From NCBI RefSeq assembly GCF_052425735.1, contig NC_135769.1, forward strand, positions 31,000,001-31,064,000: a stretch of 64,000 nt of DNA, read 5' to 3'. The notes under the pieces are model-generated. The model saw only the letters and a program-made list of their open reading frames with translations, was not told where the DNA came from and did no database searches. This stretch comes from Oculina patagonica (Eukaryota). The stretch's first letter is position 1; each line of letters opens with the position of its first letter. Position numbers and translations under genes: made by a program. Shown here one piece after another: positions 1-13,648 of the stretch.

Positions 1-174
1 GAATCTTTCGAAAAACAAAATGACCCTAAGATCCACTCATTTATCAAGCAAAAATATTTTTCATCTTCTTGTAATTACCAATGTTTATGCAAGAAAAAAT
101 ATGAAAAAAAATAATTTGAGTCATTTCTCTAATAATTTTATATGTACATTGTTTGTAATCTGTATGTTAATCTG

Positions 175-2027
175 TTAACAAGATGTTGTTGAGTCTGAGC
201 TACTATCAGTGCTTATAACACTAGGGGATTCCATGGCACTCTGAAGCCACTGATGAACACGACGATCTCCAAATATCGATAAGGCTTCTGTAGTGCCAGG
301 GGGACTGAAGAAAACTGCATACTCTGGAATCCCATCAAAATCGTACTCTGGAGTACTTTGCCGAGCCTCCACTGTGGGGCTATCCACTGAGCTTGACTCC
401 TCGATAAGAGCTGGTCTGCTCCTTCTTCTTCCTGTTGGTTGTACAACTGAAGAGTCACTGTTTTCGCATGTAGTGCTGCTACTATGTGAAGAAGTACTGG
501 GTGAGGACGAAGTCCATGGTAGCCACTGTAAACCACGCCTGGTTCGAGTTGTACTAACACTCGGAGACCTCTCCCTGTTTCTCCTGGAGACACTACTGCC
601 GTCACTTTCATCTTGTCTAAGAGGAGACCTACTGCGACTCCGTTCTCTACGGGGCAACAGCTGATGTAAGGAGCGTCGTCGTTCTCGATCTCGATCTCTG
701 CGTGCAACACGTTCTGACAATTCCTCTGCCAAAACTGAGTGATCAAAATTGTCACTTTCCTCATCTTCTGACAGTAGGGATATTAAACCTGAATCAACAT
801 CTCGTTGGCCAGTTGTCCCAGTACGGGTTCTACTATTGGAGCGTCCATTTTGCTCATCACGCTTTAGTAGATTGTTTACTGTCTCTTCAAGTGCTGACGT
901 TCTTTTTGAGTAGTCAGACACCACTTTTTCCAGCTCTGCCATGAAAAGAAATTTTACCATTAACAATGGTATCAACAACTAGTGGCAAAGCATATCAACC
1001 ATTGTTGATTGTCTGCTTTTGAAACATTGAGCTACATGTAACAGGCAAGCATAAACATTGATTTTTGTAAGAGTTTGCAGACATTCTGATAAAATGACAA
1101 GAAAAATTGTCAGATTTCACTGTAATGAGAAGGTCTGTTTTGAGGATAATTGCATTAAAACAATATTCATTCTCGGTCTATTTTCAAATCTTATCATATT
1201 CATCTTTAAGTTACACTGTAATCAGTAATGGTACCCATAGTACATGTTACACAAGAACAAAATCAGTAAAAGTGGCATTGAATTTCCCATATTTAAAATG
1301 AAGAAACTTTAATATTATTGCAATATTTCATTTTTTCACTTTTAATAATAATTTTGTAACAATCCTACTTTACGCCAATTCTTCTTGATGTTTATAATAT
1401 TGTAAATTTCTTTTCGCACATTAACTCAAATTTTATTTTTAAAAAAGCCATAAGGGTCACTTATGTCTATTCAGCAAATTTAACTTCTCTTTAGTAACAT
1501 GTCATTTAATACTCACCTTCGACTCTAGACTTCAAACTTTGCACACAGTTATGGTGCGGAACTTCAGCAAGTGTTAGTTGCAATCCACAGCCTTGAAGAC
1601 ATGCCGTAGAGCAGCGAATCAGTCTTTTTGGACACTCTGCTTCATGTTCAGCTTTACTTCTTCTTGGAAACGTTATTTCGCACCCCTCGTTCTCGCAGGT
1701 CATAGGCGCAAACAGACAAGAAGAGTTGTGTGACCCAAGCTGTTCCAACTCTACTGTTTCAGTGCAACCATTTGGAGCGAAATCGCAACGAATTTTCAGC
1801 TTGTTAATGATGTTCTTAATCATTGGAAGAGCAGGTCTCAGTTCGTTAGCCCGTACTTTCTTCCTGCAGTTCGGACAAGACTTTTTCGTGTCCAGCCATC
1901 TTGAAATGCACGCCGAACAGAAAACATGGCGGCAGGGCGATTCAACCGGATCCTCTAAAACACCAGCACAAATGGAGCATATGAGCTCTGGATTAACATC
2001 AAGGAACCTTTCCAGATCGATTCCCAT
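175..2027 (-). CDS. RING-finger (C3HC4) + TRAF-type zinc-finger E3 ubiquitin ligase, RNF41/RNF151/PDZRN3-like N-terminus with Arg/Ser-rich disordered tail; 2 exons (2027-1517, 935-175), ~423 aa
   Basis: MGIDLERF..CSICAGVLEDPVESPCRHVFCSACISRWLDTKKSCPNCR RING followed by C/H-rich TRAF-like fingers. Donor GAAG|GTGAGT at 1517/1516 and acceptor ggcag|AG at 936/935 join in frame (511+761 nt). Confidence 0.88.
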
Positions 2028-2611
2028 GGTTACGGGCTGATTTTCAACAATAAATCAGCTAGAAAATGCTTGGACTTGTTTCAACTCGGAAAACTACCAT
2101 CAACTCTGACTACTTCGCCAAAATTTTCAGTTTTCCGCCGTTTCCCGGTAACGCGGGAAACCGGGGAATACTAGCGCCCAGTCTACCCGAGCCTTACGAG
2201 ATGTTCGGAAGGTGACGAACTTCCGAATTGCCTACGATCTTCGCTCGCCTTTCCGATTGTGTGCCATATTAGGATATTTCCGGAAGATACATTATTGATG
2301 CCGTCGTATGCAAATTACCAAAATAAACTGAGCTTGTTTCACAAGCAGAAATAGGCAACTCGGATCTTTCAAAATCTTTTAAAATCTAAACCATCTCCTG
2401 TTCAATATGTCGTTTCAAATCTTAACGATCTAGCTCACAGCTGGCAAAATACCTTACCTACAATTTTGACAAGTCCTGTTAATAATTGCATCAGTGCGAA
2501 GAGTTTGGTTTCTGAGGATTCGTGTGTTGATTTTTTTCATGACGGCGGAAGGGGACGCTCGAAGACCTCCATTTTGATTTGGTATAATTTTGCTTTTGGG
2601 TGGATTTCAAG
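2028..2611. promoter_or_regulatory. Probable bidirectional promoter / 5'UTR region between divergent RING gene and CK1 gene
   Basis: Only 584 bp separate the two divergent ATGs. CpG-enriched core at ~2130-2300 includes the quasi-palindrome TTTCCCGGTAACGCGGGAAA. Confidence 0.6.
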
Positions 2612-5600
2612 ATGGAACTACGTGTTGGGAACAAGTATCGGCTTGGTAGGAAGATTGGAAGCGGATCGTTTGGAGACATATACTTAGGTAATCGTTGTTT
2701 GAAGCTTACTTTTTAGAACTGCTTTTCTCCCACATAAAGCTGCGGAAAATTCTTTCCCGACATGACAAGTCTGAGCAGCTAGCACCCGCTAAAATGAGTA
2801 GCTCCCTGGCGTTTTTCCAATAAGGATCATGCTAAGAAATTGCCGGATATTTTAGTATATAATTTTAACTTACGCCTAAAGTGAAAAGCGTGTTCGTTTT
2901 AAAGGTACGAATATCTCGACTGGAGAAGAGGTTGCTATCAAACTGGAATGTGTCAAAACCAAGCATCCGCAACTTCACATAGAAGCCAAATTTTACAAAA
3001 TGATGCAAGGAGGAGGTGAGCTACTTTACATGCATTTTGGCGAGTTAGAACTTTATATTTCAGTGTACAATTTCTTAACTGATCAAAATCGTATTTGCTA
3101 TGAACTCTAACACTGTTTAGAGATGTAAGCTAATATGCTTGTTTCAAACAGTATATAAAATAACATAGTGTGTTTATATATAAACCTAACGTAGCTGATT
3201 TGATTATGGAAATGATCAAAGTTAGGGAACTGTTATCTCGGAAATGAGGCATTTTCTGGAGTTTATAGCACAAATTGATGTTTTTGAATTGATTTGCATT
3301 TTGTACTTGTGTGAAGTAGACTTCACGCTTCAGTGCTCAAGAGATTTTATGAAACAATGAATTTATTAGCCAGTATTGTCACTCAAGGAAGTGATTGGGA
3401 AACTTGTTCATTCTTGTGGTCAAATATATGTTATACATCAGGCCCAGCCCTTTCAAAGTGTGAATAATGCTGTTAATCACTATCCATTGGATAGTGATTT
3501 ACCCAGTGAATAATGCTATCCACCCTTTGAAAAACTGAACAAAAGTATTCATCTAACATGTTTATACATCCTTGTTGCCACCCAATTCAGATCATTTGTT
3601 TAGGAGGTTACAATAGTTATTGTTCTGTTCACGCATATTCCCATGTACTCGGTTGTGTGTGACAATTTGTGCTGTTGTAACCTCCCAAATGAATCATAAC
3701 GTTGTCTGAATTGCGTGGCAGCAAGGATGTAAAATTTTACTTAAGCCAAATGTGTCTATTCCTGGGCCCGGTTGTTCAAAGCACGATTAAGCTAATCCCC
3801 CAGTTTTGACGTGGACCAATCTCAAAGTTCATAAAACATTAGCTATGGAAAACCCTTCTTAACAAGAGAAATTAAAACCTTGATCGTCTTTTAATCCTGG
3901 GTTAACGCAAATAGTTTGGCTCGGATTGTGTCTGATTGGACATTTAGAGATGATGACAATTCTCTAATTACTAGCATTTCATGCACTAAACAATCAAACT
4001 AAAAAAATGTCTCTAAATTAACAACTACAGGTTATACAGCATTGCACTATAAACTATACTCTTTCACACCTCTGTTTTAGTCATGACTTCATTTCATTTT
4101 CTGTAGCAAAGTTGTGACTAAAATATTTAGCTAATATATATTTGATAAGACATAAGCCATAACATGCCAAAATCAGTAGGATATAATTTCTGTATGCATT
4201 TATGTTTTATTTACATGTAAATAAAAGCCTGGCCTTTATAACGCCTTGGGACTACCTTTTAAATCAGCAATGGTGTGACAATAGATATTTGTCACAAATG
4301 CTACAAATAGAGATCTCCCTTCCTCTAAAACATTGTTGTCAAATAGGCAGCACTGGCTGATATATTTTGCTCTTATTAACAGTTGGTATACCCACCATCA
4401 AGTGGTGTGGAACAGAAGGTGATTACAATGTGTTAGTGATGGAGCTCTTGGGACCGAGTCTGGAAGATCTTTTCAATTTTTGCAACAGAAAGTTTAGTAT
4501 AAAAACAGTGCTACTCTTAGCTGATCAAATGGTAAGTTAGTGGCATGTCTGTTTAATAACTAGCTTTTGTAGGCATGACTGTGCTCTAGGGGGCTAGCTG
4601 TTGTCTTTGGGTGTGTGGCAAAAAAAACTTCCTATGTACTTGTACCTACACATAGTAATTTCCTTTAAATATGGGGACTGGTGGTTTTGCTTCTTATGAG
4701 TAACATCTCCATCACCAGCAACTTTGAGTTTCACAATGACCAATCAATCCTAGGGTTTCTCAAGAATTTTTATTGATTGCTGTTGTTGTTTTGTTTTGGA
4801 TTTTTGTTTTGTTTTTTACTCTCCAAGACCAACCATATTTTGATAAGGATACTCTTCTTGCCAAAACCGACATAGTTGTTGTAATTATTATTCACTGAAA
4901 TCCTGATTTCAATTGGTTTTTTGAATCATTTTTGTTTGAAATATTTTTGAGTACAGTATATCCTATGTTTCTTGAACCCCTGATCCAAGAGCTCCACTCA
5001 TTCAAACTATACAGCCTTGCCCCGATTTCTCAAACCAACTTTTGATTCCTTGGAGGCTTGAGAAATCAAGTTTCCACTGTATTTTAACAACGATTTTTGT
5101 GTTTATGGAGGTCTGTAGCATTTTATTGACTCTTGCATTTTCTTTCTATTGTTTTCCAGATCAGTAGAATAGAGTATGTTCACTGTAAAAACTTCATCCA
5201 TCGGGACATCAAGCCAGATAATTTTTTGATGGGACTGGGTAAGAAAGGCAGTCTAGTGTACATCATTGACTTTGGACTGGCCAAGAAATACCGAGACCCA
5301 CGTACTCACCAGCATATACCATACAGAGAAAACAAGAACCTTACAGGAACAGCCAGATATGCTAGCATCAATACTCACTTGGGAATTGGTATGCTGTCTC
5401 TTTACTTTTTGTGTTCCATGTAATCTACCTCATTATATCTATTTAGGAACTACATTGTACATGTATACTGTAGTAATAAATACTTGGTGGTTTGATCAAA
5501 TAGTATGTGCTTCATTCACTTAGTATCCTACCTTAATTTTGATGCTGTTTATTTCCATAATCATTATTAATCATTATCGTCATTATGTTGATACAAAATT

Positions 5601-8600
5601 CTGCATGTATTTTTAGAAGCTTTTTTCAATTTTGTTGGTATAAATTTTTATTTTAACCTTTACATATCTTTTGCAATATTAAAGTTTGGCAAATTATATA
5701 TCAAGCAGTCTGGATCTGTTCTGTTTTGTCCTTTTCTTTAATCCCATTGGTCATCACAAAAGTGCTTTTTTTTTTTCGTGCCAAACACAGTAACAATATA
5801 ATTTAAGGTAGTTCATCAGGGAACAATTTCTAATGTTCTTATTTGTAGTGATAGACTTAATTTATTATATGTTTTTTTTATTGTTAAACAAGACTGAAAA
5901 TGTGTTTTCAATAACCATCATAACTTGTTTCCTTAATGCAGCCAGGCATTTTAATTCATAAACACATGTATCTTGAGGATCATATGAGTGCAGATCATTA
6001 CATGATTGTATCTTATCCACTGTGTCCCAATTTTAGAACAAAGCAGAAGAGATGATTTAGAATCACTTGGTTATGTGCTGATGTATTTTAACCTGGGAAG
6101 TTTGCCATGGCAAGGTCTTAAAGCAGCTACAAAGAAACAGAAATATGAAAGAATCAGTGAAAAGAAGATGTCCACCCCAATTGAAGTTCTTTGTAAAGGA
6201 TTTCCATGTAAGTGTCAATGCATTTACTTTTTTTCTTGTAAAATTAGTTTTAAGGAGAGATTTTTTTATATTTTTAACAACAATGTTACAAATATGAATT
6301 TATTGACATCATTCATTTGATTTTGTTGCAGCTGAATTCTCCACGTATCTAAACAACTGCCGGTCTCTTCGCTTTGATGACAAGCCAGACTACTCTTACT
6401 TGCGTCAACTTTTCCGCAACCTATTTCACTGTCAAGGATATGTATACGACTACATTTTTGACTGGAATCTTCTCAAGTTTGTAAGTTTTCTGGAATTCTT
6501 GTTTTGTATCTTGCTTGATTTGATGTTATTACAGCATACAGTTATTACAGAAATATAAAATGATAAAAATGTCTCCAAGTAATGGTAAGCTCAGTTGACT
6601 CTGACCTGGCCTAGGTTCAAGTCTGCCCAGGGCTCTTGTGTTCAACATTTTTAGCTCCCCACCCCCAATCCAACCCTACCCCATATATGGGAGCAAGAAA
6701 GGCTTCCCTTAACCCTTTCACCACCGCACGTTTTCCACAGAAAAGTGCCCCTAACACCGGCCATTTAGAAAATGGCGATTTCTCAGGAAGGAATGGTGCA
6801 CAAATTTTTCAAACGAAGCTAGCGCGTACTACAAACATCGTATCTAACTAAAAAATACATCACTGCAAAGATAATTTCACAGCCAACAAATAGATTAAAA
6901 CAGTTATATTTATTTCATTCAAAACATTTACAAAATACAGTGAAAATGCTGCACAACTCTTACCGCATTATGTAAAGATCGTTTGAGAGCATCCCTGTCA
7001 CATTTAGGTGAATTTCTTGTTGTTTACGGTCTACAGTTCGCTTGAAATGTCTTACACATCTTCACTAGTTATCGATCGAACAATTTTGAAGATATTTGGC
7101 TTTAACTCTTGAAATTCACGGTTAAATTTGCTCTTGAATATTGTCTTCACTTTCGGTTGTTGCTGAAAATGGTGAAAAAAATTGCACGGTAAGTTTTCTT
7201 CTTCGTTTTACAATGCTTTCTTTATCCTTCAGTTTGTGGAAACAGACGGCCATTTTGTTTTCAAAGCATGTGCTTTCACTTGCATAAATTAGTTTTCCAA
7301 ATATGGAAAGTAGTGCTCAGTTTTTCCCAAAACAGAAGAGGTCGTTTTCAGCTGTTTTGTTTGGCCGCTAAAGGGGCCACGGGTGTTACACGCACTTTTA
7401 ATTTTTGGCCGCTAAAGGGGCCACCGGTGGTAAAAGGGTTAATTGCTCTTCTTTTTCCAACAAGAAAGAGCCTATCTTCAGTACTCCCCCCCCCCCCCTC
7501 TTTTTTTAAGCTTCTCTGAACCCATCACTGAATCGTTACTAAACGGAATAGCAAAGTTAATGCAGAGTTAATGCTGGCATCAAAAGAGCCTTCAGCCTCC
7601 TTCAGTTCCTATGATTGAAACTGGCAAGACCTCGTTCAATTAAGGCCATGGCAAACTACATAGCTTTATGTTGTGTAAAATACTAACTTTAACATGTCAT
7701 TCTACCTCAGGGCAGTGGACGGGAACCAGATCCCGGTGCTGATCGTGGAGGTCTCAGAGGAGTGGAGAAGGTGCTAGAGAGAGAACGTGAACCAAGGGAA
7801 CCAGAGCGGAATCATCGAAGCTCCACCACGCGTGCCCTGGCTGGTGGTGCTTCTGGTCGACTACGTGAACCCATGAGTGCTGCCACACCATCCCCTGTTG
7901 GTAGGTTGAAAGTCTTTTGAAAACAGAAAGTTAAAAATCTGTAGGTATCGGTATCCACATAGATTTTTTGTAATCATCGTACATACTACTTATTAACCGA
8001 GAGTGAGGTCATTACAGGGGAATCTCAGACCGAGGCCTTGATGTATTGACCGAGCAACAGCGAGGTCAATACATCAAGGTCGAGGTCTGAGATTGCCCTG
8101 TAATTACCGAACGGACGAGGTTAATAAGTTATTTATTATATGGCCTTTAAGCACTATCCAAAAAAAGAGTATAATCAAGGGAAAAAACACTGGATGTAAA
8201 ACTCGCTCTCGCTCTCTCTGGCTCTCTGCGTCGCTCATACTAAAGAAGTATCGGTATGCTTATATTTTTCTTTCAGTTATTGAAAAGATAGTTATATTTT
8301 GTCGGCATTTTTTGTTGTTTTCGCCCCCTCGCTAGTAGCTTTTACTCACAACTGAAAAAACCGTCGAGCCGAGAAAAAATTTCATAATGCCCGGTCATTA
8401 CAAGAAAATAATGCCCGCTCAGCAGCCAATCAGAGCGCGCGTACTATTGTAGCCATATAATAAATGTATCTTATGCCATCTGTGAGCTTGTACATTACAT
8501 TTCTAAACAATGCTTTTGTTATTTTCTGCATACAAGGTGTACCAAGTAAAAGGAAAGCGCTAAGCCCAAAACGTTTAGAACTTTTTAACTTATTTTACGG

Positions 8601-9192
8601 CATTTGATACTACTCTGATGACAAAAGAACTTTGATTAACTTTTATCTCTTTTTTTATCATAGTATTTAAGTAACGTTTTTTAGCCTTCTTGTAAATATT
8701 ATTGTAAATTAGCTCAGTGCTTTTTAATCTTTTTAAAATTTTTATGTAAATTCCCTATTATTGTAATAATATTTAGCTTAGTAGTTTTTAAGATTTTTCA
8801 TGTAATATTTTTAGATGCAGGGCCCCTCTGGATACCAGCCTATGAGTTGAATGGGCTACCCTGCTTTTTACTTTACTTCACAAATGGCACGCAGCTCACA
8901 ATTTTTTTCCTTTTATCAAGGTGCACAAAGGCCTATCTCACGCGCAGAAAGGGAAAGACGAATCACACGTCTCCATCGTGGAGCCCCAGCTGATGTCACA
9001 GGTGGGGATCTTCCACGTGGCGACATATCCCGGATGTCTGGTGCCCATGTCCGCTCCACCCCTGTGATGACTCCAACATCGTCAGGGACTGGGCTGAGGC
9101 GAGCTAGTGGAACGAGACAGGAACGGGACAGTGGAATGATGGAACTTTCCGCTGTACGCCATTCTTCAAAACATTTTACACGTCCAAAATGA
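2612..9192 (+). CDS. CSNK1D/CSNK1E: Casein kinase I delta/epsilon; 8 exons: 2612-2687, 2905-3015, 4383-4531, 5160-5388, 6037-6207, 6332-6480, 7711-7900, 8921-9192 (~448 aa)
   Basis: [76 protein letters not shown], and tail motif [14 protein letters not shown]. All introns are GT-AG and in frame (1347 nt total). The first six exon sizes (76,111,149,229,171,149) match my recollection of vertebrate CSNK1D/E. Confidence 0.96.
3565..3731. mobile_element. Short MITE-like inverted-repeat element in CK1 intron 2
   Basis: TACATCCTTGTTGCCACCCAATTCAGA ... TCTGAATTGCGTGGCAGCAAGGATGTA terminal inverted repeats; no clear TSD. Confidence 0.6.
6713..7438. mobile_element. Non-autonomous piggyBac-type element in CK1 intron 6
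   Basis: TTAA on both sides (6709-12, 7439-42). TIR CCCTTTCACCACCG / CGGTGGTAAAAGGG (13/14). Subterminal direct repeat TTGGCCGCTAAAGGGGCCAC x2. Confidence 0.85.
7988..8465 (+). mobile_element. Hairpin + second-IR element (Crypton-like architecture), copy A, in CK1 intron 7
   Basis: Hairpin 7988-8129 (ACTTATTAACC...GGTTAATAAGT) with CGAG/CGAG mismatches. Second IR ATTTATTATATGGC...GCCATATAATAAAT (8131-8465) encloses AGCCAATCAGAGCGCGC. Confidence 0.75.
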
Positions 9193-10270
9193 CTTGAAAC
9201 TTGACATCAAGGGACAGTACTCAACGTTGCTTTCAGAGCATTTGTAAACTTTAGCTCCTAAAGGAAACCTTTTTGTATTTCCTCTCAGAATTTGTTGCTT
9301 TCTAACTTCCAGTAGTTATATTTTGTGAGAGTTGTTGTCAAGGTACTGTGCTCAATCTGCAGAGTGATCTCAGCCCAAACAGCGCCTCTCAGGCTGTTAA
9401 CTTAGGTTTCTTATTTGAATTCTTTTTTCGCTCTGTGTCATGTGAAAGTATAGTCTATAGCTTTGTTTTTTGTTATTTCCTTTTTTATCACAGAAACAAA
9501 ATCAGATCATATTGGCAAATAAGAGAGTTGTAACATTTTTCTCTTTTCCAACATTCTTTTGTTAATTGTGGTGGCAGGAACACCAGCTTTGGATTTGTTA
9601 AAGATAGTAAAGCATAATTGCTTATATTTAATTCAACTACAAATTGCCAACATTAATCTTTTACCGTCATGTAGATCTTCTTTAGTTAGCCTTTGGGAGA
9701 GAACATAAGGTAAAAACCATGTGTGATCGCATGTGTGACACGACTGTGCTTCTTCCAAGAAGAAGTGTTGTGCGACAAAACCTGCAGCATAAGATGTAGG
9801 TGTATTGGGTAGGTTAGTTAAATTCAGATGACTGGAATTGTCATTTAACCAGCCTGCTAGCCTCTTTCATTCTCAGTTGTAAAAGACTTCGACAGCATTT
9901 CACTTATAAGCTTCCACTGGGTACCAGAGGCTTAGCTTGCACAGTTTCTGATACCGGTCGAGGCGGATGTCAAGTCCCTTCTCTGACCCACTGCTTTTGC
10001 AGTCAGCCTGCTACCCATTTTCCCCTGTGCACGCTAGGAAAATCCCCTGGTACCCAGGGTACTAAAAAGTAGGACTGCTTAAATTATACACATTGTAGAC
10101 TGAAGTTTGTAAAAAGTGTAAAATGAAGACCAAAACTGCAAGATATGTCTCTCTCTTTTTTTCTCGTGTTGTAGTCTCCAAGTGTAGACATTAAACACAG
10201 CATGAAAATAGAGATTTACGGAAAATTAAAGGTGGCTTAAATCTCCTTAAAGTTGATTATCCAGCTTTAA

Positions 10271-11219
10271 GGTCGCGGGGGATACCTACAGCATGAATAA
10301 ATTCATGAAGGAAAATATTGTTTGACCTGCATCTTTTAAAACGCTTATTTCTCAGCTGTTATGGGTGCCATTAAGCTCAAATTTTACACAGACACAAAGA
10401 AATGATGAAAGATTGCGAATGTCGTCTTTTATTTGGTAGATCGCATTTAACGGCGATGTTATAGCCTCGTGAGTGCCAAATTGGGAAAAACATGATTTTG
10501 TGGCAGAGTTTGTGGAACGAGCAGGAGACAGCACACTTTGATCTTGTCAAAAACTAATCAGTCAATACCTCTAGAGTGTCATAACAGAAGCGGATTTTTT
10601 AATTTAAAGTTTGCCAGCAAGTTACGGCGATTTAAGTGCGCAAATTTGAATTTAATGTCTTCTACCTCTTTCTAAAAGCGCTCTTTTAAAATTCCGCTTC
10701 TGTTATGACACACTTCAGTATTCATAGTTTACCTATCTGCAGTGGCAAGTCATGAAGTTCTGTATCCGTGCTGTATTCTCTGCCACAAAATTGTCGGAAA
10801 AGTCCCAACTTTGAGATTTCCGAAGGTGTCCCGAACTAAATACGATCATTTTGCCAAGGAGAGATGTAATTAAGGTAATTATATTCCACGCTTTTATGGT
10901 GAGAACAATGCGTTTTTAAATAGGACACGATTGTTCATGCCGAATATTTTTGTGATTGCTCTGAGTTGCAGAAATAGTCAAATTTAGACGAAAATAAGCT
11001 CAAACACTTCCTACAAACTATATGAACGTATATCGCTAAGTGTTGTTTTAAATTGGTTAAAATATCACAGAAACAGGGATTTTTTACAAATCACGCGCAC
11101 GCGCCCATATTTTTGTCCAGTCATAAATATCTCGTAAAGTTGTCGATGTCAGTCGTTGTACTTCGTGTATACGCTTTAAATAAATGCATAATGATGAGCC
11201 TAAGGTGTCCCCCGCGACC
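10271..11219. mobile_element. Non-autonomous Kolobok-type element, containing an internal palindromic MITE at ~10576-10711
   Basis: TTAA on both sides. TIR GGTCGCGGGGGATACC / GGTGTCCCCCGCGACC (15/16) with purine-purine start. Confidence 0.8.
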
Positions 11220-12289
11220 TTAAGCTATCAATTAATTTCTTATATGACGACTACGAACTGAATACGTCGACCAAACAAGCTTTGTATTCGCATAGTTTAT
11301 GTAAATGTGTTTCCTAAGATGAAATCGACACTATAGGACTTCTAAATTTTTAAAGGTTCGAGTTATCCAGGGTCAATTTATTATTATTATTAATTTTCTC
11401 TCGGGGGCCAAGCACTGGAGTTTACTGCAATATTACAGGAATTGCAAGCTATCGAGGGTTAGGACCTGTTTATATATATGGAGAAAAGTTGCCCCTGGTA
11501 GGAGGGTTACTCTCTTTGAAGGTGGAGTGACCCTGGGGGGCAAGCCAACTTTTTTTTTCATGTAAACAGTTCGGCTCCAGGAACAAGTCTGGACATACAG
11601 AGCATGCGTGAAACCGGAAGGGCCTATTTTTGGCTGGGTTGACAGGGACAACTTTTGGCATGTAAATGCTTGTCAGCAGATTGCAACTTCCTTTTCGCGA
11701 TTGATCATGGCTCGTCTTGCAGGTGCAAACTTTGCGAGCCTTCTGGACTTCCAGGTGACATGTAAACGCACAATGGAATGCGCCGTAAAAAAACAAGTGC
11801 GTTTATTTTGGAATGAGTGAGAACAGGCGCAATTCTTTCCTATGCAATGTATAATTTAGGTGCTGTGAAATACACATACCCTCAGCAGAAAGTGAAAGAG
11901 AATGCATTTTTTCGAGTCTTGATCGAAAAAACTTTCTCGGCAGACCTCCACCGCGCCAACCCTGTCGAAAAGCGGCCCTTCAAATCCAAAGGAATTGACT
12001 CTTGACTCGAGTTATCTGGAGGTTTGAGAAAGGAATCAAAGGTAAAAACTGTCTCATCTCAGAACGCAAAATGTAAGTTGAAATACAGGTAGCAAAGTAA
12101 ATAATAAGGGCGACGAATCTCAATATTTTTACAGCCTCTATTTTCCCAGGGTAACGATTTCTTCATTCACTCATTTTGCTGTGATGTCTTTGGAATGAAC
12201 ATCCGTTCTACATAAGACAAACATAAGGCTAGGCGCTCTTTGCGCTCATCACGCTTTGGGGAGAAGATACATGACAAGCAAAAGAGCGT

Positions 12290-12408
12290 TGGCCTGCGTA
12301 GTTTTTGGGCGCGCATGTGGGAAACGGGAAAGTCGCGTGGCCGTCTCCCACCTTTCGCGTTTCCCAAATGCGCGCCCAAAAACTACACAGGCGCCTGTGC
12401 GCAGGTTA
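12290..12408. mobile_element. Small palindromic MITE with 9-bp TSD (AcademH-like), nested in another small MITE
   Basis: AAAGAGCGT duplicated at 12281-89 and 12409-17. Internal IR GTAGTTTTTGGGCGCGCAT / ATGCGCGCCCAAAAACTAC. Confidence 0.65.
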
Positions 12409-12530
12409 AAAGAGCGTCTGCGTAGAAGGCTAGGTCATGATTGGTGGAACAGCTTTTGCTGTAAGATAAACCATAGGTATATGGTAGATCTTACAAGATC
12501 TTGACTACCTATAGGTATGTTGTAATAGTT

Positions 12531-12693
12531 TAATAGCCCAATTTCGATATTTTAAAATTCAGCCTAAAACAATAGACATCACAACGAGGCTCCGGGGAAT
12601 AAACCCCACAAACTCTATAGTTTAGTCCCCGGAGCCTCGTCCTGAGGTCTATTGTTTTGGGCTGAATTTTAATATATCGAAATTGGGCTATTA
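12531..12693. mobile_element. Palindromic MITE (AATAG...CTATT termini)
   Basis: ~70-bp imperfect arms TAATAGCCCAATTTCGATAT... / ...ATATCGAAATTGGGCTATTA. Confidence 0.75.
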
Positions 12694-13329
12694 AAACGCT
12701 TCTTTTTAAAAAGAATGTTTCTTAGAATGTTTCAATTTTTAAATTTTTTATCACATTTTTAACTATTTATGTTTTTTTTTATTTTTATCTTTATATTTAT
12801 TTTATTTCTTTTTAACATTTTATATATTAATAATGTAAGAGCATAGAGACAATAGTAAAATTCTCCAAATACTTATTATTAGTCCAACTTTCCTGTGGGC
12901 AAAAGGTCTAGTGAAACTGCAAAAATTTGTTTTTCTATCGCAGGGGTCTTCGTTTCAGATCATGGGTCTTCATTTCAACCCAGGGCGCTTTTCCCTTCAA
13001 AATTTGTGAAGGGAAAATCGCCCTCGGGACGAGGTTGGTCAGTTGGTCTTCATTTTACATCAAGGGGGGTCTTCATAAAAGATCAGGGGGTCTTTGTTTA
13101 CGTCAACGGTTCTTTGTTTCAGATCATGGGATCCTCGGTTTTAGAAAAGCCCTCACATTTTAACTACGATTTTTTAACTACTTTTCTCCTTGGTGGTTTC
13201 TTCTGTAACTCCCATCAGGCAATCTGAACAAAAGCAATATTTCTGAACGATCCATGGTGAATAATTCCTTTGTTCAACCAGCTTAGCATTTCCGAATAGA
13301 CTCAGAGTGAAATAGCAGCACGGGAAATT

Positions 13330-13648
13330 CCCGGGGGGGGGGGGACTCCCATATTAAAGGGACGGGGATGCTCGTCGGAAATTTTGAAAAGAACACCTAA
13401 AAGAGACCAATCTGGGCATGGCTCAAGCTATTTTAGACCCCTAAAAGATACCAAAATTCTGAGAAAAAGAACTTATATTTGTATATTTCTTCGTGTACAA
13501 CCCTAAGCGAGACCCTGATGGCTAAAAATATTGCCATTTTCTTGCATTTTCCCCAGAACACCCTAAGCGAGACTCAAAGTCTGAAATTTATACCCCTTAG
13601 CGAGACGACGAGCATCCCCGTCACTCTTATATGGGAGTCCCCCCCGGG
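13330..13648. mobile_element. MITE with CCCGGG termini and 8-bp TSD
   Basis: TSD GGGAAATT at 13322-29 and 13649-56. TIR CCCGGG(G)nACTCCCATAT. Internal repeats of CCCT(A/T)AGCGAGAC. Confidence 0.75.

Noticed and set aside
213-764. Alternative-frame and antisense ORFs over the RING gene (also 293-664, 1726-2040)
   Set aside because: These are shadows of the real coding exons.
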